Source: Conidiobolus incongruus B7586 | Taxonomy: Eukaryota | Reading direction: 5' to 3' | Assembly: GCA_000697335.1 (NCBI GenBank) | Contig: JNEM01008412.1 | Location: forward strand, 1 to 48,889 | Length of the DNA stretch: 48,889 nt | Shown: piece after piece, positions 39,784-48,889 of the stretch | How positions within the stretch are numbered: position 1 is the first letter of the stretch | Layout: every line of letters starts with the position of its first letter | Translations under genes and position numbers: made by a program | Notes under the pieces: generated by a model | Database searches by the model: none | What the model saw: only the letters and a program-made list of their open reading frames with translations | Told to the model about the DNA's origin: nothing

Positions 39784-42700
39784 TTTATATTATTTATTGT
39801 GTTATTTTTTTTATTTATTCAGCGATTGATTTGGACTGGGTTAATCATTGATATTTATGTTACATTAGAAATTCATCAATTTTTGTGGGATAAATTCTAC
39901 TTTATAGATGAATTAACTTGTAGCTTTCTTCATTAAATAGTTAGATATTTTATCTAATAAAATTAATATATTTTAATAAATTTTCAAGGTTTTATACCTT
40001 TTATCTCAAAAATATAGCAATAATTCTATAATCAAATCATTAAAACGAAAATTTTCATAGTGTACTTAATTATAGATATAACCATAGCTCGATATTTTAT
40101 TTATTATATTTAAACCAATTATAATAAATTTTGATGAATACTTATAACGGAAATTTAGTGGCTAAAGTGATGTAGTAATTAATATTGGTTATTAATTTAT
40201 ATTATTGAATATTTTAATAAATTTTGTAAAATATTTAAAAATAAATCTATATTATAAATTTTATATTAAAAATAATAATCTGAATCATTCAGTTCTAATT
40301 TCAAATATAATTTATAAAAAAATTCTGTAAAAATTGAATGGCTTTTAATTCAAACAACCTCATGTTATTTCCATGTCATCCAAAAAATAGCATCATTATC
40401 AATGTACATAGATTAACAATATTTAGCATCAGAGCGACTAAAATTCTAAATAGAATATTCTTTCAATATTTAGAAACCAAAAAATCAATAATGTACGATT
40501 TCTGTTTTGGACACTTCTACTAACCAATTTAATCAATTTAATTGAGTAATAATAGAAAGGATGAATTAATTGTAGTGTTTATTAGGTAGATAAACTTGTG
40601 AAAATTTGTCAAGATGCAATTGCGATGATCATCTTATAGGGTTCGGCAATGGAATAGATTATGTTACAGGATGGATAGCAATATTTTGGGTTGATAATTT
40701 GAGATATTTGATGTATAAATCGAAATGATGGGACTTTATTTTACGAGTCAAAGATTTTGAAGTGGCGAGATGCTGTCAAATAGTTGAAATTTGATTGTTA
40801 GTTATATAATCGATTCGCTATTGTTTAAATTGGTATGGGTTAACATTATGACTATATCACTTATAAAAATATCTGCATTAGTAGCTGAGGTTCATAGTCC
40901 CGAAAATTAAAAACCATATAAAGTTTTGCTAATTTTAACTTAGAAATAATCCAAATAACACTTTAATCAAAATTTATTCTCTATTGTTAACTTAAATATC
41001 CTAGTCAATCTTTACTAGTTGAATAATTACAGTTATTAAATACTGTAATATAAGCCTCAATTTTATTGTTCAAGACAAGTTATTCAATATTAAAATTATG
41101 TATATATTTAACCAAATATTAAATATTTTGACACTCAAAAATTTTGATAAATTAGAACGATAATAATAAAAATACAAATAAATTATTGGTCAATTGGTTA
41201 CTAAATCATACATATCAAATTATTAATTTAATGAATATTTGCCTATAAATGATAATTATCAAATTTTCAATAAATTTGATAATCAATTTACATGAATTAT
41301 GAATTAAAAAATTAATTAAATCAATTTTATAATATCTTATTAATAAAAACAGTACCTAACAATGGACAGATACTATCTCTAAGGCTAATTCCTAACTTAA
41401 ATTTATCAAAAAAATCATTTTAAGATTCACATTAAATTTTTTGAGGGTGCTGAAAATTTGTTTTTTCTAAAAATAGACCTATTCAAAATTTCTAAGTTAA
41501 CTGCGTAAAGCAGTCCTAAGAATTCTAGGCTGATGAAATCACCTAAAAATAACTGCCATATTATTTATTTTTCCTATTTTTACAAAAATTGAATTACTTA
41601 ATTGGTTTATAGTACTTCTTGAATAATAACGTCCAAATAGCCGTTATAACATAATGAAATCATGTCAAAGTTAAAAAAATTACTAATTTGGATATTCCAC
41701 GTTATTTAATTGTTTATCCATTTTCTCATTTTTTAAAGAAAAAAATAATTTAATTAATTATTGCCATTATCTTCTGATTTAGGGGAGCTATCCATTATAT
41801 TTTTATATTAGGTAATTCATTTTTCTTTGATTAGAGAATATGAAGATTTCTTTGAGAATGACATAAATGATCATATCTAACAAATTTTAATAATTTACTC
41901 CATAAAGAGTTTAGAATTGCCTTGTTATTGACTTCGTTTCCTCACTTGTCAATTAATTTATTTTTTATCTTTAAAACTTCATATTTTATCAAAGAGATAA
42001 TTGTTTAAATTAATTTTTTAATTAAAAAATTTTGTTTGTTAATTAAAGGTTAATTGAAGTTACTTATTTTTTCTAAGTGACAGTTATTGATTTATTTTTT
42101 TTGAAATGAGGCAATAATGGTGAAAAATATTGATAATATTAATCAATATTTGAAGAATATGTTGTATTCTATAAGTCATTTATTCAGTTAGGAAATATAA
42201 AGATCATTTGATTTATTATGGACTATAAAAAGATAGTTTAACGATTTTTAATATATTCTAATGGTCCAATTTGTAACCAAAAGAATATTTTTGAGGATGG
42301 GAATTAACGGGAACAGCTGCTTAATTATTTACTCAAGTGTTCCAATTGGATACTATAATTGTGTTAGAAGTAAAAATTTTTACTTGAATGGATCAAATTA
42401 TTGGATCATTGGATGATTTTGATATGTTCCCAATTTGGTAAAAGAAGGTGGTCATGTTATACCTTAATTAATAATTTAATTAAATGGTGAGTAGTGATTG
42501 GTTAGGATGGCGACACTGAGAGAATCCTTTTCTTTTTATCAGGTAATTCTTACGATTTCACGAAGTTTACAAGTATTCGCCTCACTTCAATCGTTTTCCG
42601 CCTCATTCTCACTGGTAATACAAGCTCTTTCATTATTGTTCATATGATACAATTTTTAAAATCTAATGATTTTCTTGGGTATTTTCAGGTGTCAATATTA

Positions 42701-43149
42701 CAATCATTTATCAAGAAACTTTGATAATTGAAATGTTAGAGATAATAATAATGAAGGAGTATGGTTGGTTGAAAAAAAATACTAATCAAGATCAAAACAC
42801 TATTAATAAATAGAATAGGTGATTTTAGCAATAATTAATTATGTGATTATCATACATTATATATTAGAAAAGGAAATCGAATCAAATTGAAAATGTTCAA
42901 TGTGAGAGAATCTCATTGGGTATAAAAGGAGATGATTTTTCCAACACTTTAAATTTAATTGAAATATTTAGGAGGGTGATTCAGTTAATTTAAAATACGT
43001 GTTTTTCTAAGTTATCCATTCTATTCTTATTACTTTACTATTACAAACTATTTTAAAAAGGGGTAATAATACTTAGTCTCAGTCTATTTTCTTAGCCTCT
43101 TTTACTATCAAGACCCTCCATACTTTCTCTGTATCTTTTTTAATTAATC

Positions 43150-43818
43150 ATGGCTGGTCAAAAATCCAATGCTACACTTTCCCACCATAGAAAGCCTAAG
43201 GTCAAACATGCTGGAGGCTTACAAGCTACTAGAAAGAATTTTATAAGACAAAATGATTCCAATCAATTGTTGGAAGTTGACCCACTCGAAGAGCTACTTA
43301 ACCAACCTCCTATCAATATCGAACAAACTGGCGCTAACAAAGATCATCACAAACTCAAAATTAAGACACAAAAGAGATCGCCTCCAAAAAACATAATTAC
43401 AAATCTCAATACAAGTCGCTTTATTGATAGATCTAATAACACCAGCTCTCAACATTCTGACGAAGACGACTGGAAGTCTCTACCTTCATCAGCTGCTTCT
43501 TCATTCACACCAGACCCTTTTTCATTTTCAAAATTATCTGTTCAGACTTCGGTTGCTTCAAGTCCCACACCGTCTCTTGCTAGACCCTCCCTTCTATCTT
43601 CTCTCCTAAGGAATAATCCTATTCCTCCCATATCTACAGATAAAGCCCCCTCTCCAGCTGAGCCTCCGTCTGGCGATTACGGTATTAGCGATAGCCTTCT
43701 AGTCGAGTTATCAGATAGCTTGAGGACAAGTCTTATACGAGACCATCAGTTCAATGGACTAATTCACAAGCCTCACCATGGTCACCACTCGGAATGGAGA
43801 AGTAAAATGATGTCCTAA
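43150..43818 (+). CDS. Ser/Pro-rich protein with DUF3295-like motifs, intronless
   Basis: The motifs SDEDDW, RPSLLSSLL, ELSDSLRTSL and a near-terminal W occur in the order I recall for fungal DUF3295 (DDWED...RxSL...ELTESLRxxL...W). TATAAAAG at 42921. Confidence 0.55.
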   Translation: MAGQKSNATLSHHRKPKVKHAGGLQATRKNFIRQNDSNQLLEVDPLEELLNQPPINIEQTGANKDHHKLKIKTQKRSPPKNIITNLNTSRFIDRSNNTSSQHSDEDDWKSLPSSAASSFTPDPFSFSKLSVQTSVASSPTPSLARPSLLSSLLRNNPIPPISTDKAPSPAEPPSGDYGISDSLLVELSDSLRTSLIRDHQFNGLIHKPHHGHHSEWRSKMMS

Positions 43819-44128
43819 TAATGTCATTAAGTTTTTTTTAAAAAAAGATTTATTTGCTATTTAATATCCTCCAACTCAAAATTATGTATTATTTTTCAAC
43901 AACACACTATTATTATCACTTAAATTTAAGTATATTGAATCACTTTTTTGAAATAAAAATTCCTTGTTATCTATTTTATTGAAATTTTATTTGTAATCAA
44001 ACTTTTTACCGATCCTATTAGTATATTAGGGTTTAATAGTACTATCTCTGCTGCATATGCTCGATTAGAGGTGAACTTGCATGTTACCAAGAGATAAAAT
44101 TACAATCATCTATACATTTATTAGATGA

Positions 44129-45259
44129 CTATTGAGTATGCTCTAATTCAAATTGTTCCATATATTTCAGTAATTTTTCAACTCCTTCAACTGGAATGGC
44201 ATTATAACATGATACACGAATGCCACCGACGGAGCGATGTCCCTTGAGTTGGTAGAAGCGATAGTCGTCAGCAGCACGCTTGATGAATTTTTCTTCCAAT
44301 TCCTCTGAAGGTAGTCTAAAAACGATATTCATGCGTGATCTACTATCGGCATTAACAGGACTTTTGTAGAAATTGGTTCCTTCTAAATACTTGTACAATA
44401 ATTGGGATTTGCGATCTGCTAATGCATCCATGCCTTCGGCACCTCCATTCTCTGCAATCCATTGTAACATTAATCCAGTGACAAAAATGCTATAGACAGG
44501 AGGGGTGTTATACAAAGAATTGTGCTCTGCCATTATACTATAATCCAATACAATGGGAATAGGGCTGAATTGGCTCTTGTCTGGGAGATGTGTCAATAAA
44601 TCTTCTCTAACAATGACGATTGTAACACCGCTTGGACCAATATTTTTCTGAGCACCGGCAAAGATAACTCCAAATTTGCTTACGTCAATAGGCTTAGATA
44701 AAATATTTGAGGACATGTCGCAAACCAAGGGTACACTGGGATGGACCTTGGGAATAAAGTCAAATTCTACTCCATAGACAGTTTCATTAGCACAGTAGTA
44801 TACATATGCTGCATCTTCACCAGAAAGCCGCCAATCTTTTTGAGGAGGAATTCCAACATATCCACCATATATACTTTTCGAGCTGATGGCGATATTTACA
44901 TTAGCTCCTAAATTGGTTGCCTCTTCAGCAGCTTTGGCAGACCAACCACCTGTCACGATATAATCAACAGGGTGATTCTTACCACGATTCGCGAGAAGGT
45001 TCAATGCAACAGCAGAAAATTGACCTGAACCACCTCCCTGAAGGAACAATACGCGGTAGTTGGAAGGAATGTTTAAAAGACTCTTAAGATCATCGACTGC
45101 ACGGTTAATAATCGTCTTGAAAGTGGATGACCTGTGACTGATTTCGAGAATTGACAAGTTGGTATTCGGTTCATATTCGACAACTGCTTGAGAAGCCTTT
45201 TGGAGCACACTGGCTGGAAGTGCACTGGGACCGGCACCGAAGTTGTAGCTAGTTGTCAT
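44129..45259 (-). CDS. SER1: Phosphoserine aminotransferase, intronless
   Basis: YNFGAGPSALP, EISHRS, FLQGGGSGQF, YYCANETVYG, DMSSN, FAGAQKNIGPSG (PLP Lys), SLYNTPP, RSRMN and KGHRSVGGIR. Confidence 0.97.
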   Translation of the reverse strand: MTTSYNFGAGPSALPASVLQKASQAVVEYEPNTNLSILEISHRSSTFKTIINRAVDDLKSLLNIPSNYRVLFLQGGGSGQFSAVALNLLANRGKNHPVDYIVTGGWSAKAAEEATNLGANVNIAISSKSIYGGYVGIPPQKDWRLSGEDAAYVYYCANETVYGVEFDFIPKVHPSVPLVCDMSSNILSKPIDVSKFGVIFAGAQKNIGPSGVTIVIVREDLLTHLPDKSQFSPIPIVLDYSIMAEHNSLYNTPPVYSIFVTGLMLQWIAENGGAEGMDALADRKSQLLYKYLEGTNFYKSPVNADSRSRMNIVFRLPSEELEEKFIKRAADDYRFYQLKGHRSVGGIRVSCYNAIPVEGVEKLLKYMEQFELEHTQ

Positions 45260-45626
45260 CGTGATCTTATATTAAATTGATGAATATAGTGTAAAGAAGT
45301 CCAGAGGTATAGAGATTTGTAAAACATAACATGTTGATCTATTGTTATCAAGTATTCAAAAAAGTATCAACTTTAATTATGGGTTTATTAAATCAAAGAA
45401 CATTTGACCAGATCAAAAGGGATTTTATTAAGTATTAGTTAAAAATTCTAGTCATTTTTAGTCAATTTTCATAAGAGATTAATCTAAATTCAACCTAATT
45501 TCCTTTTTCTAAAGAGGTTGGTCTGATCAACTTCAGCGTGGGAATAGAACAAAGTTAATTAATCAAGGCATATAGTTGAAAATTTATTGTGATCAAAGAT
45601 AATGAATACTGAATGATTATTGCATA

Positions 45627-46817
45627 TTATAAACGGCTCTTAGTGGATTGTCCATCTAATAATTCATCAACAAAGTCTGTAAAAGCTTTCCAGTTCTCGG
45701 GAAAATTTCTTCTACCAAATCCAACTCTAAAACTCCAGGTGTATTCAGGGTGATTATTCACATGAAACAAGTCACCAGGTGCGATCAAAATACCCTCGTC
45801 TTTGGCAAAGAGACAAAATTCACGAGCATTCTTCAATTTGGGCCATTTGTTTTGTTTGAGTGTAACCAATGCAATGGTACCTGAAGTTGGTACATCTAGT
45901 TTAAAGTAGTCACCATACTTTGCAATAAATTCATTGATTAATTTAAGATTGGAACGATATATCTCACTGTTTCTCTTGATAATTGCGTCACGATGTTCGA
46001 GAGCAAATGAAGCCAAAAACTGGGAGGGAGCGGAAGGACATACAGATCCATAAGACTTGGTCTGACTAATTTCTTCCAAATATTCTAAATTCTGAGAAGC
46101 TATCCAACCAATTCTCAATCCAGGTAAGCCAAAGGATTTGGACAACCCTCCGATTGCAAGAACATTATCTCCAAGCTCACAAAAGCTTGATGATGCTTTG
46201 GATCCATCATGATTTGACCAACGATAAATTTCATCACTCACCAGGATCAAATTATGCTCTTTTGCTAATTTGACTAAGCTTGTCTTCTGATCTTCTGTGA
46301 ATTGGTAACCACTGGGATTATGTGGATGGTTCACTACCAAGAGTTTAGTTTCTTTACGAATCAATTTCTCCAAATTTTCTAAGCTGAAAATCCATCTATC
46401 TGCATCAAGTCCTGCATTCCATTCCGTTACTTCACATCCTCTCGCACGAGGTACTTCATATAGGGGAAAGTAATATCCAGATTGAACAATGACATGATCT
46501 CCAGGTTTTAAAAAGCTAAAAGTGGTAGTCCAAATGGATTCGTTAGAGCCGCCACCATGAACAATCACATTTTCACCTTTGATTTTTCCTTCCAAATAGA
46601 TTTTGTATGCAATCAAATCGCGTAATTTGGTAATACCATCTGCAGGTGTGTATCCCAGTCCAAGTTTAGTAAATTCTTTGACAACTTGATCAAAAGATCC
46701 TCCAAGCTTTAAAAGCTCTTCAACATCAAAAGGTTCAGAGTCAGATTGGCATAAAACATAACGTGTCGTGAATTCATTTGACATAATATAGTTGGATAAT
46801 TCAAATCGTTTAAACAT
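45627..46817 (-). CDS. Class I/II PLP-dependent aminotransferase, bacterial-like subfamily, intronless; likely start ATG 46817 (MFKRFEL)
   Basis: LGYTPADG, VNHPHNPSG, VSDEIYR, GLSKSFGLPGLRIGW (PLP Lys), APG and FRVGFGR. Confidence 0.88.
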   Translation of the reverse strand: MFKRFELSNYIMSNEFTTRYVLCQSDSEPFDVEELLKLGGSFDQVVKEFTKLGLGYTPADGITKLRDLIAYKIYLEGKIKGENVIVHGGGSNESIWTTTFSFLKPGDHVIVQSGYYFPLYEVPRARGCEVTEWNAGLDADRWIFSLENLEKLIRKETKLLVVNHPHNPSGYQFTEDQKTSLVKLAKEHNLILVSDEIYRWSNHDGSKASSSFCELGDNVLAIGGLSKSFGLPGLRIGWIASQNLEYLEEISQTKSYGSVCPSAPSQFLASFALEHRDAIIKRNSEIYRSNLKLINEFIAKYGDYFKLDVPTSGTIALVTLKQNKWPKLKNAREFCLFAKDEGILIAPGDLFHVNNHPEYTWSFRVGFGRRNFPENWKAFTDFVDELLDGQSTKSRL

Positions 46818-46939
46818 TTTTATAATGTAAATTGAATAAGTTATCTGATGTTTTTTATCAATTAGTAATTTTAATGGCTGCTGACGCAACTAGACATTCA
46901 AACTATTTATACCTAAATTGATACATCAATGATTTATGC

Positions 46940-46947
46940 ATGACTCA
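46940..46947. promoter_or_regulatory. Gcn4/CpcA (AP-1)-like site ATGACTCA about 125 nt upstream of the aminotransferase ATG
   Basis: Sequence match plus position; the same heptamer also occurs elsewhere in the window (38423, 39677). Confidence 0.35.
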
Positions 46948-47941
46948 CTTAAAATTTCCTATTATCATATTATTCACTAATCCCTTGAATAATGAAACTA
47001 TCTGTAATCCAACTTGAAGCTATGTTTTATAGTAAATTAATTGTTATAATTCCAAGTGATTGTGGGTTATTTAATTAATATTTTTCATAAGAAATTTAAC
47101 AATTCACTTAATTTTTTATTATGAGTGAAAATCAAAATTAAATTCTAATAAGATTATTAAATTCTGTAAATAATATTTTCAACACTAAGCCACTTTGAAT
47201 TGTTTATTGATTTCCCAGTATGAAAATATAGCATATTGTCCAAATCAATACCAGTTTAATTCATATTAATTCCATTATTAACCTAAACAATTAATATAAA
47301 TCACTATCAGGTAATTTGGAGGATATTTACTATATTAAGATATTTAATTATCCTTATTACAATATTTATAATCAGACCTCAATTTGAACATTTTATATAT
47401 TATAAAAATTTATTTTAGTTTTATAATCAATTTAATTTTTGTGAACAATGATGATATTTTTATATTTTTATTGGTATTAAAACGATAATTTAAATATTGA
47501 AATCAAAATTGTATCTGAATTTAATAAAAATAACTTAGAAAACATTAAACATTAAAATAATAATATACTGAAAATAATTGAATTTCAAAGTTGAATTTTT
47601 GTTAAAATTCGAATAAATAATATTCAAATACTTAAACAAATATATATTTAGGCTATACTCAAAAATTGATTCAATATACAAATTTCAATATTTTACAATC
47701 ATTTTAATTAAAAAAATAAAATTTATATCAATTGGATCAAGTAAGAGAATTATCTTCAGTCAATACTATGTAAAGATTGAATTTATATATATTGATTAAT
47801 AGATCCTAATTTTGAAAAGATATGTTATTAACAAATTTCAATAGGATTGTTTTTTGATATATTAAAAATATTTTCTATTAAAAAATTGAACATTTTGAAA
47901 TGTTTTTCTTATATTGGATAATAATATAACTATTGCAATCA

Positions 47942-47962
47942 ATATATATATATATATATATA
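47942..47962. repeat. (AT)n microsatellite in the extremely AT-rich terminal tract
   Basis: Dinucleotide run. Confidence 0.8.
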
Positions 47963-48889
47963 TTAACTTTTAAAACCATAATTTTAAATCTATATGTTAT
48001 TTCGAATTAATATTAAAATTATATTCCATTTTGTTATATTCTGTAATTAATAAAAAGCAGTATAAAATATTATAATTTGAGAATATAGGTTTAAATCAAT
48101 TATATTTATATAATCAAATAATCAATATATAGGCCAAAATTACCAACCAATAAAATCCTATAGAATTATGATTTAATATATTATTTAAAGTATTTATATT
48201 CAAAAGCTATAAATTTTAATATATTCATATTATTTAATTTTAAAATATATATTAAAATATTATTTATAAATATATACTGGCTAAATTTAGTTAAAAATAT
48301 TGAATATTATTTCAATTAAAATATTATAAAAATATATAAATATTCCAGAATATTGATTTTTATAATCAGAACAAATGAATTAATAGAGTTAAAATTTTAA
48401 TAATATATCTTATTAATAATATAACATTGTATATAAAAATATCCATATAATAAAATATATAAAAATAATTAGGTTTAAAATTTTTTTATCAATAATTAAT
48501 TAATATAAGATAATTATTCAAAAATATTAAATACAAAGTTGGCAATTATTATATATATATTATATTTAATAATTTGGAATACTATTATATCCAATTATCC
48601 ATTTATTAATATATAATATATTAGATAATTATTACTGGATTATATGTATTATCAAATTGTCATATAAAAATTAAAATTAATGGTTTTAGTTAACTTCATC
48701 AAATTCAAGATTTTTACCAATATATTACTATATGATTATCTATTAATAAATTATTTCAATTCAATTGTCATATTATTTTATTTCAATTTAACTTAATAAT
48801 CCAATTCAATATTTTTATTAATTAATCTTAAATAATATCTTAAATAACTTTTTATGTTTAAATATATAGTTATTTTATTATTTTATTTA

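Noticed and set aside
46818..46889. N-terminal extension from the TTG start in the ORF track
   Set aside because: The sequence is AT-rich and UTR-like. Family similarity and a good context (aaaATG) begin at 46817.
46950..48889. Extremely AT-rich terminal tract as a centromere, telomere or repeat array
   Set aside because: No periodic unit beyond microsatellites. Its composition is similar to other intergenic tracts such as 3300-4000 and 12700-15400.

Overview
This is eukaryotic (fungal) nuclear DNA with very AT-rich intergenic tracts, short ~45-60 nt GT-AG introns and the standard genetic code. The style resembles an early-diverging fungus such as Conidiobolus/Neoconidiobolus (inference only). 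Genes read by hand-splicing, in order: the 3' part of NOT1, an APSES/KilA-N transcription factor, an EXLX-type expansin-like gene, a small orphan ORF, an ARMT1/DUF89 phosphatase, a class 3 lipase, tRNA-Ser(GCT), CBP4, ASH2, a ~20-exon exportin-T (LOS1), MED11, a TLC-domain protein, an ERG27-like pseudogene, MTO1, dynactin p27 (DCTN6), BET3, a DUF3295-like ORF, SER1 and a bacterial-looking class I/II PLP aminotransferase. CBP4, MED11, DCTN6, BET3 and the tRNA are missed or only partly caught by the ORF track. I found no convincing new multi-gene system, CRISPR array or intact transposon. The best leads are the frame-intact ERG27-like gene with three in-frame stops, the expansin lacking the EXLX1 Asp82-equivalent, the possibly horizontally acquired aminotransferase beside SER1, a probably mitochondrial DUF89 enzyme, and many decayed coding relics in intergenic DNA. 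All family calls come from recalled motifs, not database searches.
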